A DNA stretch of 64,000 nt from Candidatus Binatia bacterium (lineage in GTDB: Bacteria; Desulfobacterota; Binatia; Bin18). The stretch spans positions 288,001-352,000 of the forward strand of contig OY761159.2 of the NCBI GenBank assembly GCA_963664395.2, read 5' to 3'. The notes beneath the pieces are model-generated. The model was not told the DNA's origin. It saw only the letters and a list, made by a program, of their open reading frames with translations, and did not search any database. Shown here piece by piece: positions 17,313 through 26,850 of the stretch (position 1 is the first letter of the stretch; the number at the start of each line of letters is the position of its first letter). Made by a program: the position numbers and the translations under genes.

Positions 17313-18329
17313 ATGCGTATATGCTGGCTTGTTACCGTTTGTCTGGTGCTCTTGAGCGTTCCAACGCACGCCGAAGAAAAGCGGCCGAAAATTCGCTTTG
17401 GGCTGCAAGTCGCGCAACAGCAAACCACGGTCGAAGAACTCAAAGATGTGTGGCAGGAAGCCGAAGCGTTGGGCTTCGATACCCTATGGGTGAACGATCA
17501 CCTGCTGCCCAGCGTGGGCCCGTCGGACGGGCCCAATTTTGAGTCCTGGACCTTGCTCGGGGCGATGGCGGTCTCTACCTCAAAAATTCGGATTGGCTGT
17601 ATGGTGACGAGTAATACCTTTCGCCATCCGTCCATCCTGGCAAAAATGGCGACCACGGTTGACCATCTGAGCAACGGGCGGCTCATTCTCGGTATTGGCT
17701 CCGGCTGGTTCAAACGTGAGCACGAAGCGTATGGGGTCGAGTTCTCAACCATGAAAGGCCGCGCCCGGCGTCTCGACGAAGCGCTGCAAGTGATTACCAA
17801 GCTCTGGCAAGCCGACCCGACCACGTCGTACGAAGGAAAGTATTATTCGCTGGTTGACGCGCCGTTTGTCCCCAAGCCGCTTCAGCAACCGATGCCACCG
17901 ATTATGATTGGCGGCATCGGCGAAAAGCTGACCCTGCCGCTTGTCGCCCGCTATGCCCAGATGTGGAACGTGCCGATTCTCTCGCCCGGCCAGTTTGCCA
18001 AAAAGAATCAGGTCTTGGAGCAGTACTGCAAAGATATCAACCGAGACTGTAGCGAAATTGAACGGTCCTATCTGACACCGATGTACCTCAATCCGAGCCC
18101 CGAAGCCATGCAAAAAGTGCTGCAACGCGCTATGACCATGCGGAGCATGACTGAGGCGGAAGCACGCCGGACGATTCTCGCCGGCACGCCGGCTGAAATC
18201 CGCACGCAGCTCCAGGCCTATATCGATATTGGCGTCACCCACTTCATTATTAATCTGCGTCGTCCGGGACTGTACGATCGAGAGGCCGTGCGCGTCTTTG
18301 CTAAAGAAGTCATGCCGGCCCTGCGCTAA
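17313..18329 (+). CDS. LLM class F420-dependent-type oxidoreductase with an N-terminal signal peptide
   Basis: GFDTLWVNDH, NTFRHPSILAKMATTVDHLSNGRLILGIGSGW. N-terminus MRICWLVTVCLVLLSVPTHA-EE, after a GGAGG SD. Confidence 0.85.
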   Translation: MRICWLVTVCLVLLSVPTHAEEKRPKIRFGLQVAQQQTTVEELKDVWQEAEALGFDTLWVNDHLLPSVGPSDGPNFESWTLLGAMAVSTSKIRIGCMVTSNTFRHPSILAKMATTVDHLSNGRLILGIGSGWFKREHEAYGVEFSTMKGRARRLDEALQVITKLWQADPTTSYEGKYYSLVDAPFVPKPLQQPMPPIMIGGIGEKLTLPLVARYAQMWNVPILSPGQFAKKNQVLEQYCKDINRDCSEIERSYLTPMYLNPSPEAMQKVLQRAMTMRSMTEAEARRTILAGTPAEIRTQLQAYIDIGVTHFIINLRRPGLYDREAVRVFAKEVMPALR

Positions 18330-18340
18330 CGTTCCATAAC

Positions 18341-19240
18341 ATGGCCGTCTCCCCCCAACGCCGCGCCCTGCTGCTTATGATTCTGACGGCCCTGGTGTGG
18401 TCCGGTCTGTTTCCAACCGGGAAAGTCGCCCTGCGCAGCATCCCCCCCTTTACGTTTGCGGCTATTCGTTTAACCATTGGTGCCGCTCTCCTCTTTCTCT
18501 ATCTTCGGCGCAAGAATGACGCTGAAGAGATGCCGATCAACTGGACACCACGACTGGTTGGCAGTTTCCTTTTCCTCGGCTTCACCGGCTATCTGCTGTC
18601 TGTGGGCGGAAGTTATCAGGGTCTGCGTTTAACCACGGCCACGAATGCGGCCCTGCTCAACGCGGCGTCGCCTATTGCCATTGCGCTCTTGGCGGGTGTG
18701 TTTCTGAAAGAGAGAATGTCGTCCAGGATGCTGCTGGGCATTGTTATTTCTATTGTTGGCGTTGGGGTTATTGTTGCGCGGGGCTCGTGGCAGGTCATTA
18801 CCGCCAACGAGTACAACCCAGGCGATCTTATTATTGTTGCCACGTTGTTTGCCTGGGGCATCTATACGACCTATGGCCGCCACCTCATGCAGGAGGTCTC
18901 TCCGCTGGCAGCCACGACCTATGCCTATATTGCCGGCGCGACGTATTTAATCATTGCCTGCTGGTGGACGGAGTGGGAGAGTTGGCAGTTCGCACAAACG
19001 CGCTGGGATTCCTGGCTGGCGCTGGCGTATCAAAGTACGCTCGGGACATTCGCTCACTTCTGGTACTATCAGGCGGTTGAAATCCTGGGGCCCAGTCGGG
19101 CCGGCGTGTTTATCAATCTGGTGCCGGTCATGGCCATTGGCATCGCCTATGTCTTTCTTGATGAGGCGTTAACCCTTCCCCATCTGGTTGGCGGGCTCAT
19201 TGTGCTGGTTGGCGTCGGCGTAGCAGCCCGGCGCTCATAA
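18341..19240 (+). CDS. DMT/EamA family transporter
   Basis: ~10 hydrophobic segments, FLKER and GPSRAGVFINLVPV..FLDE. Confidence 0.9.
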   Translation: MAVSPQRRALLLMILTALVWSGLFPTGKVALRSIPPFTFAAIRLTIGAALLFLYLRRKNDAEEMPINWTPRLVGSFLFLGFTGYLLSVGGSYQGLRLTTATNAALLNAASPIAIALLAGVFLKERMSSRMLLGIVISIVGVGVIVARGSWQVITANEYNPGDLIIVATLFAWGIYTTYGRHLMQEVSPLAATTYAYIAGATYLIIACWWTEWESWQFAQTRWDSWLALAYQSTLGTFAHFWYYQAVEILGPSRAGVFINLVPVMAIGIAYVFLDEALTLPHLVGGLIVLVGVGVAARRS

Positions 19241-19251
19241 AGGATGAGAAC

Positions 19252-20292
19252 TCAAGTAACCGCAGCCGCCGCAGCCGCCTCAGCCACCCCATTCTGGCTG
19301 TGCGCGACCACCCATTCACCGGTCCGACTGAGCGTAATACCGTCCGGACCAAGATCGTCAGGAAGGTGACGGGCGGATTGAACCGCCTTCTCAAAGGCGT
19401 CGTTGCCCTCCAGCCCCAAGGCTTTCAGGACCGGGTTATGGACCTTTTCACGGTGGATCTCGCCGCTGTACAGCTTGGTCCGCAAGATGGCGCGCAGATA
19501 GCTACGGGCATTGGGAATAAAGCGCAGGGCTGGCATCTCGAATCCGCGAAAGACGGTGTCCAAAGTCTCGAACGCGAACGACGGGAAGTATTTTATATGG
19601 CTTTGCACAACTTTCAGAAAGAGACCGTGATGGGTGATCTCATCCTGGCCGACAACGCGCAAGGCTTCTGAGGCGCCAATCTCAGAGCCACATTTTTTCT
19701 CTTGCAGCGTGGGCATGGCCGGCAGGCCATATTCTTCACGAATACGCGCCCGCATTTCTTGATAGTTGAAATAGGTCGCTCGCTCCTGGACCATTGCATA
19801 GCTCGCGCTTCCGAGTGGAGTGTCGAGGCCGGGATGGTGGTCTGCGTCCCACCGAACTTCTTGCACCTTATTGAGGTAAGCCTGGATTTCAGCCTCGGTG
19901 CGGACCCCGGAATGCTGCAACACGATTTCCCATGCGACGCCGTGGCGCGCTTCTTCCGCCCCCCACTGCAACTGCATATTCCGCCGGGTGCGGTTGTGTC
20001 GAAAGAGCTCAAGCCCCGTCGTCACATAGTCGGCAACGTATTCTTCCACGCCGAGGAAACCCTCTAGTAAGTTGACCGTTTCTTTGCTCAAGCGGTCCCC
20101 GAACTGACGCATCTCTTCAAGCGGGAAATCGTGCCACGGGGACCAATTGCGCGTCTTCATAGCTCGGCCGAAATACTCGATATAATGCCCCAGCACCTCT
20201 CGCTCGAGCGCATGCTGTTTGGCCGCAGGCGTCCACGGACTGTTCACAATCTCCAGGCGGGTGGGTGGTGTTGCGCGTTGTAGTGAAGACAT
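19252..20292 (-). CDS. Soluble acyl-ACP desaturase (ferritin-like di-iron)
   Basis: WGAEEARHG, QERATYFNY, DEITHH, FEMP. Confidence 0.8.
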   Translation of the reverse strand: MSSLQRATPPTRLEIVNSPWTPAAKQHALEREVLGHYIEYFGRAMKTRNWSPWHDFPLEEMRQFGDRLSKETVNLLEGFLGVEEYVADYVTTGLELFRHNRTRRNMQLQWGAEEARHGVAWEIVLQHSGVRTEAEIQAYLNKVQEVRWDADHHPGLDTPLGSASYAMVQERATYFNYQEMRARIREEYGLPAMPTLQEKKCGSEIGASEALRVVGQDEITHHGLFLKVVQSHIKYFPSFAFETLDTVFRGFEMPALRFIPNARSYLRAILRTKLYSGEIHREKVHNPVLKALGLEGNDAFEKAVQSARHLPDDLGPDGITLSRTGEWVVAHSQNGVAEAAAAAAVT

Positions 20293-20584
20293 AGACGGCT
20301 CGGTATTCCTTTTCGCGCAACAGGCGGGCTCTTTTGCCTTGTCGCACTCCCCAGTCCTCCGGGCATGGCTCGGGAAGCGAGGCGTATAGGGTTTCCTTAT
20401 ATATAAGGCGTGCTTCTTCTCTCCACCCGCACCCTACACTATTCTTTAGCCTGTTGTCACGCGCCTCCAAATAAGATGTTGGAATTGCGGGTATGATACC
20501 TGAAGCGAGAGAGCATACGCTTTTCCCTTGTGCCGCAGCGTATGCTATAGACAGTGTTACACACTACAAGAAGGAGGGTTAAGC

Positions 20585-21133
20585 ATGGCGATTGAAGTTG
20601 TTGAACTCCATCATCACGGGATTCGGATCGGCAATACCCAAGAGGATGCGGAAAAGGCCCGGGATTTTTATTCCGGCGTCCTGGGATTAGGGACTGATCC
20701 GGCCCGGCCCAATATTGCATCCATTCCCGGCTTTTGGATGTATGTCGGTCAAGGGGAAAATACGACCCAGATTCATCTGATGGGTGCCAAAGGTAAGTCA
20801 CCCATGGCGCGGTCCAAAAAAGAAGACCCCACCCTGCCCCACGTCGCCCTTGCGGTCAAAGATATGAAGGCAGCGCGCAAGGAACTCGATAAGCGCGGTA
20901 TCTGGTATTGGGGCATTCAGGGCTTAGTCGGCCAGAATTCGGATCAGGTATTTGTCCGCGACCCCTTTGATAATATTATCGAGCTGCATCAGGTCGGGAC
21001 GTGTACGTGCAATAAGGTTGCGCTCAAGCCCGCGAGAAAACGAACCGCATCGGCAAAACGGACGGCCGCCAAGCAGCGAACGACGGCGAAAAAGAGGACG
21101 ACGGCGAAAAAGTCGGCTGCTTCCAAGAAGTAA
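20585..21133 (+). CDS. VOC/glyoxalase family protein with a Lys/Ala-rich tail
   Basis: LHHHGI, QIHLM, HVALAV, FVRDPFDNIIEL, ending in KRTAAK/KRTTAK repeats. Confidence 0.85.
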   Translation: MAIEVVELHHHGIRIGNTQEDAEKARDFYSGVLGLGTDPARPNIASIPGFWMYVGQGENTTQIHLMGAKGKSPMARSKKEDPTLPHVALAVKDMKAARKELDKRGIWYWGIQGLVGQNSDQVFVRDPFDNIIELHQVGTCTCNKVALKPARKRTASAKRTAAKQRTTAKKRTTAKKSAASKK

Positions 21134-21150
21134 AACAGACGAAGCAAGAC

Positions 21151-22269
21151 ATGCCGTATACCGAACGCCTCCTCTCAGCCGACTCTCATATCGTGGAGCC
21201 AGCAGACCTGTGGCTGACACGTATGGATAAAAAATGGCGAGATAAAGCGCCCCGCATTGAGGCGCTGGACGAGAGCGGTGATTATATTGTCATTGACGGT
21301 CTCCGTCCGCGTCCGTTGGCGTTTGAAGGTCCGATGCAGGATCTCAAGGCCCAAGGCATGGATATCCCCTCTCCCAAGGGCTTTAAGTATTCGGATAATC
21401 GCCCTGGGAGCTGGGACCCGCATGAACGGCTGAAAGACCAGGACATGGATGGGGTGTCTGGGGAAGTCATCTATCCTGGGGTGGGTCTGACACTCGTGCG
21501 CGCCCCGGATGCCGAATACCTGTACGCCTGCTGCCGGGCGTATAACGACTGGCTGGCAGAGTATTGTTCGGCCTATCCGGATCGACTCAAAGGGGTGGGC
21601 ATGGTTCCGTGTCGGGGTCCTATCGAATGGGCCATTGAAGAAACGGAACGTTGCGCCACGTTGGGTCTCGTCAGCGTCATGCTCCCAGCCTGGGTGGACG
21701 ACCGTCCGTTTAATCTGCCCGACTGGGACCCGCTATGGGCGGCGCTGCAGGACATGAACCTCATTGCCAGCATCCACATTGGAGGCCGCGACCCGTTTGG
21801 CCGAGCGCACGGTCCGGGGGCCGGTGGAATCATCATCGGTATTGTGAAGTTTGAGATGAACGATACCCTGCAGCACCTTATTTGGGGTGGCGCTCCGGTC
21901 CGCTTCCCCAAGCTGAAATGGGCCTTGGTCGAAAGCGGTATCGGCTGGATTGGCGCTGCGCTGGGCTTTATGGACCACTGGTGGCGGGATCATAAGGGCT
22001 GGATGGAGCCACGTTTACCTGAGCGACCAAGTACGTATTTCCACCGTCAGTTTTATGCCACGTTTGAGGATGATCGAGCCGGGGTGCTCACCCGCGAGTT
22101 ACTGGGAGTAGAGAACCTGATGTGGGGCTCGGATTATCCGCACACTGAAGGGGTATGGCCGTTCTCGCGCAAGCAGGTAGCGGATAATTTTTCTGCCATT
22201 CCAGAAGACGATACGCGCAAGATCGTACACGATAACTGCGTCAGGCTGTACGGTTTTCCCGCGGAGTAG
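21151..22269 (+). CDS. Amidohydrolase family 2 protein
   Basis: SADSHIVEP, DQDMDGV..VIYP, AYNDWL, ESGIGW, MWGSDYPH. Confidence 0.9.
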   Translation: MPYTERLLSADSHIVEPADLWLTRMDKKWRDKAPRIEALDESGDYIVIDGLRPRPLAFEGPMQDLKAQGMDIPSPKGFKYSDNRPGSWDPHERLKDQDMDGVSGEVIYPGVGLTLVRAPDAEYLYACCRAYNDWLAEYCSAYPDRLKGVGMVPCRGPIEWAIEETERCATLGLVSVMLPAWVDDRPFNLPDWDPLWAALQDMNLIASIHIGGRDPFGRAHGPGAGGIIIGIVKFEMNDTLQHLIWGGAPVRFPKLKWALVESGIGWIGAALGFMDHWWRDHKGWMEPRLPERPSTYFHRQFYATFEDDRAGVLTRELLGVENLMWGSDYPHTEGVWPFSRKQVADNFSAIPEDDTRKIVHDNCVRLYGFPAE

Positions 22270-22311
22270 CACTGAGAGCATGAGGGATTAGGGGACTGGG
22301 GACTGGGGACG

Positions 22312-22695
22312 ATGGTGAGCCGGTATCAGAAAATTCTCCACCGCCTCTTCCCCTCTCTATTCCCTGATTCCCAGCCGCCATCTCCTCCGGTGCGCGTTCC
22401 ACTCGGCGCGTTGGATGATTTTCCGGACGGCCAAGGCAAGCCGGTCGTCATAGCCGGAAGAAAAATCGCGATCTTTCGACTGGGTGAAGAGGTGTATGCA
22501 CTGCATAACTCCTGTCCGCATAATCGCGTCCCACTGTCCGGTGGCAGCCTGACAGGTCACACGCTTATATGCCGAGCGCACCGGGCCCGCTTCGATATCA
22601 GATCGGGAAACGTTCTTCGGGGGCCTGCCCGCAAGCCGGTTCGGACCTATCCCGTGTATCGCACAGGCGACACGCTCGAAATCGAAGTCGGCTAG
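22312..22695 (+). CDS. Rieske [2Fe-2S] ferredoxin
   Basis: CPH...CRAH ligands and the GPA..V.TYPV tail. Confidence 0.85.
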   Translation: MVSRYQKILHRLFPSLFPDSQPPSPPVRVPLGALDDFPDGQGKPVVIAGRKIAIFRLGEEVYALHNSCPHNRVPLSGGSLTGHTLICRAHRARFDIRSGNVLRGPARKPVRTYPVYRTGDTLEIEVG

Positions 22696-22737
22696 CACGT
22701 ATTCCTCAAAGAGAAATAGTCAATGGAAAATGCCTGC

Positions 22738-23055
22738 TCACTCATGAGACGGAGACTGCATTTGCTCGACTTCCCATTCCCAGGGGAGGGCGTACTTCTT
22801 TTTGCTATTGCAGTCTTTGCATGCAGCAACGAGGTTGCCTTTGGTCGACTTGCCGCCTCGGACGAGGGGAATAAGGTGATCCATGGTGAGTTCAGCAGGT
22901 GAAAACTTCTGCTGACAGTAGTAACACACCCCACTCGCACGTTTGCGCTTCCACCAGGCTGAACGGCGCAGTTCACGGGCGCGATTTTTTTCACGTTGGA
23001 TGTCGGCCGATGTGACGTCCGACAAGAAATCATTTTTAAGTGGAGTCCGACCCAT
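22738..23055 (-). CDS. Small HNH endonuclease
   Basis: CYYC...TMDHLIPLVRGG.STKGNLVAACKDCN. Confidence 0.9.
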   Translation of the reverse strand: MGRTPLKNDFLSDVTSADIQREKNRARELRRSAWWKRKRASGVCYYCQQKFSPAELTMDHLIPLVRGGKSTKGNLVAACKDCNSKKKYALPWEWEVEQMQSPSHE

Positions 23056-23165
23056 TGTCCTTCTCCCGGCGTGCCTCTTAGCCTAGCATAGAATACGGCT
23101 GGAAAAAGATATTCTCCTTCGAGGGGGTTTTTTCCGGTCGAACGCCAGCTCTACAGGAATCCAAT

Positions 23166-23201
23166 AAAAAAACGGGGCGCTCCTAAGAAGAACGCCCCGT
23201 T
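23166..23201 (-). terminator. Rho-independent terminator
   Basis: aacggggcg...cgccccgtt stem followed by a T-run on the minus strand. Confidence 0.7.
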
Positions 23202-23239
23202 CCGTATCTACCTACGTGGGATGTACGAGACCCGAGTGC

Positions 23240-23617
23240 TTAGTGTGAGCCCTCATGCTCCTTATCCATATCCTCGCCGCCCTCGGATGCTTCGGCAGCC
23301 GCCTCTTCCGTACCTTCAGCAGCCGCCTCTTCCGTACCTTCAGCAGCCGCCTCTTCCGTACCTTCGGCAGCCGCCTCTTCCGTACCTTCGGCAGCCGCCT
23401 CTTCCGTACCTTCGGCAGCCGCCTCTTCCGTACCTTCGGCAGCCGCCTCTTCCGTACCTTCGGCAGCCGCCTCTTCCGTACCTTCGGCAGCCGCCTCTTC
23501 CGTACCTTCGGCAGCCGCCTCTTCTGCATCGCCATGGTGATCTGCATACACGCCTATGGGAGCTCCGACGAGTCCTATGGTCAGGGCACATGCCATCATT
23601 GTTGTCCAACGCTTCAT
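23240..23617 (-). CDS. Secreted acidic repeat protein (EEAAAEGT x9 plus a partial unit) with His-containing ends
   Basis: AGGAG SD, signal peptide MKRWTTMMACALTIGLVGAPIGVYA, and a downstream terminator. Confidence 0.75.
   Translation of the reverse strand: MKRWTTMMACALTIGLVGAPIGVYADHHGDAEEAAAEGTEEAAAEGTEEAAAEGTEEAAAEGTEEAAAEGTEEAAAEGTEEAAAEGTEEAAAEGTEEAAAEGTEEAAAEASEGGEDMDKEHEGSH
23291..23524. repeat. 24-bp tandem repeat (VNTR), 9.75 units
   Basis: Unit ttc(g/a)gcagccgcctcttccgtacc with no spacers. Confidence 0.95.
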
Positions 23618-23948
23618 CTGTAGTCTCCTTTCGTGCGGCTGCTCTGTCCGAGCTTCGCTCGCTTCACTTCCTCTATTATATTCAACCTTTTCCCGATTAA
23701 AACAAGCTCCCACGTAGAAAACGTTGCCTCCTTACAAACACCTCGCTCCGATGACTTACTCGCTCTTGTTATTTTGTATGGCACCTGTCATTGCATGAGT
23801 AGTATTCTTAGCCGCGATTTTGGCTCAGGCAAGCGGACTAACCTGTTGGGATACTGTCTTATCACAAAAATCATGAAAGTCCATTCTATTAGCATATCCA
23901 TTGCCCTTCCGAGCACAGGAGTTTTACACGACGCGGGGTAGCGATAGG

Positions 23949-25958
23949 ATGGCAGATAGTACGGAAAAGAGCAGCAAAAGAAGGGGGTACCACGCGCTCC
24001 GGGGGCTTCTGAGTTCACAATTTCTGGGGGCGTTTAACGATAATGTCTATAAGATCGTGCTGTCATTGCTCACCGCAAACCAGGCCCTCGCCACAGGTGA
24101 AGGCAGCAGCGCTATCGCGCTTATTGGCGCCATCTTTATCCTGCCTTTTGTGCTGTTCTCGGGCTATGCCGGCTATGTGGCGGATGTGTTCAGCAAGCGC
24201 ACTGTTCTGATCACCGCCAAATGTCTTGAAATCGTCAGTATGGGCTTAGGCATTTTCGCCTTTCTGGCGGGTCAGCTCCCCCTCATGCTGGGGGTGTTGT
24301 TTCTCATGGCCCTTCAGTCCACTTTTTTTAGTCCGGCCAAGTACGGTATCTTGCCCGAACTGCTCCCGGACCGTGACCTCTCCCGAGCCAATGGGCTGAT
24401 GGAGATGGGCACCTTTCTGGCTATTATCCTTGGCACCTCGATCGGGAGTTTTCTGTTTACGACCTGGAACGATCAGCTCGAACGGGTCGGCCTTGTTCTT
24501 CTTGGGCTCGCGCTGGTCGGCAGCCTGGCCAGCCTGACTATTCCACCTGTTCCGGCCTCAGGCTCTCACAAGTCGTTCCCGCTTAACCCGTGGGCTGAGA
24601 TCGCACTCGGATTGAAACGTCTCACCCACGAAAAGGTGCTCTGGCTCGCCGCCCTTGGGACTGCCTATTTCTGGTTTCTCGGAGCCCTGCTGCAGATGGA
24701 CCTCATTCTGCTGGGCAAAGAGGTCATGCAACTGAACGATACCCAGGTTGGTCTCTTGGCCACGTTTTTGGCAATCGGCATTGGCACGGGCAGTCTCGCG
24801 GCCGGTCGGCTGTCGGGCGATACGGTTGAACTGGGTCTTGTGCCGCTGGGATCAATCGGCATGGGTATTTTCTCCTTGCTGTTGGCTGGCTCTGCCTCCT
24901 CCTATGCTCAGACTGCAGCCATGCTGGTTGGCCTGGGCTTCTCCGGCGGACTCTTCATTATCCCTTTACAGGCCTTTTTGCAGCAAAAGAGCGGCGCTCA
25001 GGAAAAAGGCCGCGTGCTTGCCACAACAAATTTTCTCACCACAGTCGGCATCCTGATCGCCTCCGGGGCACTGTGGCTGCTGAGAGATTTTCTGGGGATT
25101 CAAGCTGACACGATTATTGCGCTGAGTGGCGTTTGCACCTTTGGCGCGACTGCCTATTTGCTGTACAGCCTGCCTGATTTTCGGATTCGCTGCTACCTGT
25201 GGCTGTACGGAAAGAAAACAGAATGCCGACTGCTATTGAGACGCCTCGTATTCTCTATACTGAGTGTTCTCGTTTTGACGGTCAGCCCAATCACTCCTGT
25301 TGCCTCGGCAGATACTGAGAACGTGATTTTGCTCCACGGTCTGGGCCGGAGCCGCTGGTCAATGCGGACCATGGAAAAGGCGCTCACACAGAGCGGCTAC
25401 CGTGTCTTTAATATGGGCTATCCGTCTACCACTAAGGCTATTCCAGACCTCGCCGCGGAGCTTCACGTACAGGTCCAGCACTGCTGCCATACGAACCAGA
25501 CACATTTTGTGACTCACTCGTTAGGCGGCATTCTGGTTCGGTCATACCTCACGCACTATCCCCTCGATAATCTGGGCCGGGTGGTGATGCTCAGCCCGCC
25601 GAATAAGGGCAGTGAACTGGTTGATGTTTTGGGCAAAGTCGGAGCATTCACCTTCATCCTCGGTCCGGCCAGTGGACAGCTCAGCACTCAGCCGTCGAGT
25701 ATTCCGAACCAGCTCAATCAGCGCGGTCCGGTTGATTTTGAACTCGGTGTTATCACTGGTAATCGGAGCTTCAACCCACTGACCTCGTGGCTCATCCCAG
25801 GGCCGGATGACGGGCGGGTCTCTGTCAACAGTGCCCAAGTTGCCGGTATGGCCGACTTTCTCGTGGTTCCTCGCACCCATACCTTCATCATGTCGAGCCG
25901 GACGGTCATTGAGCAGACCGTCAATTTTCTACGCACTGGGAAATTCGAGCGCCTCTGA
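23949..25958 (+). CDS. LplT/Aas-type MFS domain fused to an alpha/beta-hydrolase (lipase-like)
   Basis: QFLGAFNDNVYK, STFFSPAKYGILPE and GLVPLGSIG, then VILLHGLGRS, THSLGG, DDGRV, HTFIM. Confidence 0.8.
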   Translation: MADSTEKSSKRRGYHALRGLLSSQFLGAFNDNVYKIVLSLLTANQALATGEGSSAIALIGAIFILPFVLFSGYAGYVADVFSKRTVLITAKCLEIVSMGLGIFAFLAGQLPLMLGVLFLMALQSTFFSPAKYGILPELLPDRDLSRANGLMEMGTFLAIILGTSIGSFLFTTWNDQLERVGLVLLGLALVGSLASLTIPPVPASGSHKSFPLNPWAEIALGLKRLTHEKVLWLAALGTAYFWFLGALLQMDLILLGKEVMQLNDTQVGLLATFLAIGIGTGSLAAGRLSGDTVELGLVPLGSIGMGIFSLLLAGSASSYAQTAAMLVGLGFSGGLFIIPLQAFLQQKSGAQEKGRVLATTNFLTTVGILIASGALWLLRDFLGIQADTIIALSGVCTFGATAYLLYSLPDFRIRCYLWLYGKKTECRLLLRRLVFSILSVLVLTVSPITPVASADTENVILLHGLGRSRWSMRTMEKALTQSGYRVFNMGYPSTTKAIPDLAAELHVQVQHCCHTNQTHFVTHSLGGILVRSYLTHYPLDNLGRVVMLSPPNKGSELVDVLGKVGAFTFILGPASGQLSTQPSSIPNQLNQRGPVDFELGVITGNRSFNPLTSWLIPGPDDGRVSVNSAQVAGMADFLVVPRTHTFIMSSRTVIEQTVNFLRTGKFERL

Positions 25959-25978
25959 GGCAGTAGCGATTGCCCTCC

Positions 25979-26449
25979 TTACTCTTGCCCGGTCTCCAAT
26001 TTCCCTAGCCCATCCGCCTGAGCCCAGCCCTCAGATATTGGAGTGAAGTAGAACATATCCACCCGGCGGGATGTGAACTTCCACACTCCATCCACCTTGA
26101 CATACTCATCATGCAGGCGTCCTGCGCCAATTAGGCTCTCGTCGCCACGTGTTGCCCGGTTCTCAACCGAACAGATGCCGGTCGCGGTGTCTCCGTGAAT
26201 CTGCATGACATGGTTCGTGAAAAACGGTTTGACCTTGAGGGGCCACGTTGTACGGTAAAATTCTTTGAGGGCGTCTGACCCTTGAATGACCCCTCGGCCC
26301 ATGGCACTGAAATCCACTGAGCCGTCAGCCGTGAACAAACCGGCCATTTTCTCTTCATCCTGGGCTTCAATTGCCAGGCCGTATTGGTAGGTCAGTTCTT
26401 TAATGTGTTCCCGGTCCCACAGTTCTTGAACCATTTCCTCGTGTGTCAT
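25979..26449 (-). CDS. SnoaL_4/NTF2-like protein
   Basis: DREHIKELTYQY..LFTADG...DEYVKVDGVWKF..R. Confidence 0.85.
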   Translation of the reverse strand: MTHEEMVQELWDREHIKELTYQYGLAIEAQDEEKMAGLFTADGSVDFSAMGRGVIQGSDALKEFYRTTWPLKVKPFFTNHVMQIHGDTATGICSVENRATRGDESLIGAGRLHDEYVKVDGVWKFTSRRVDMFYFTPISEGWAQADGLGKLETGQE

Positions 26450-26850
26450 TTCTCCTTCTCCTTTTTCTTTACCAGCAAGACTCGCCAACGAAGAGAACTA
26501 TAGAGTGTCGCCCCACGAACGGCAATGTGTAGGTATGCCTCTGATGCCCGAGCAACACATTGCTGCTTAGGAAACAGGCAATCTCTCGCCTAGGACTTTG
26601 TACGACGGGCAAAATCCTTTGTATTCCAGCACTATTCCCACTCAGAAGAGTGGCATTTGATTTGCTCTGTATTAAATCGTTCGACTTCTCTTTTCATGCA
26701 ATGTTTACGCTGATGTCACCAAGGAGACAAAAAGGACGGTTACTCTCGAAGAAACGGAAACGATGGTCACATAGGTGACGATGGTTTGCTTGGTTGGATG
26801 CTGAAATCGCCGTAGAGTAGAGGACGTTCACACAAGACACATGAAGGAGA

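Noticed and set aside
22738-23055. HNH gene as a mobile or defence nuclease
   Set aside because: Small stand-alone HNH of ordinary composition, with no flanking repeats, intron or methylase.
23291-23524. Possible CRISPR array
   Set aside because: Repeats are head-to-tail with no unique spacers, lie in frame in a CDS, and no cas genes are present.
23212-23700. Alternative-frame repeat ORFs (KRRLPKVR, QPPLPYLR, RLFRTFGS)
   Set aside because: Shadows of the 24-bp repeat. Only the EEAAAEGT frame has an SD, signal peptide and terminator.
23778-23794. Sigma54 promoter-like TGGCAC...TTGCA
   Set aside because: GG to GC spacing is 11 nt rather than the required 10.
26490-26850. Possible structured ncRNA in the long intergenic region (gcaatgtgt...acacattgc stem)
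   Set aside because: A single stem without a recognisable family signature is insufficient without an Rfam/covariation analysis.
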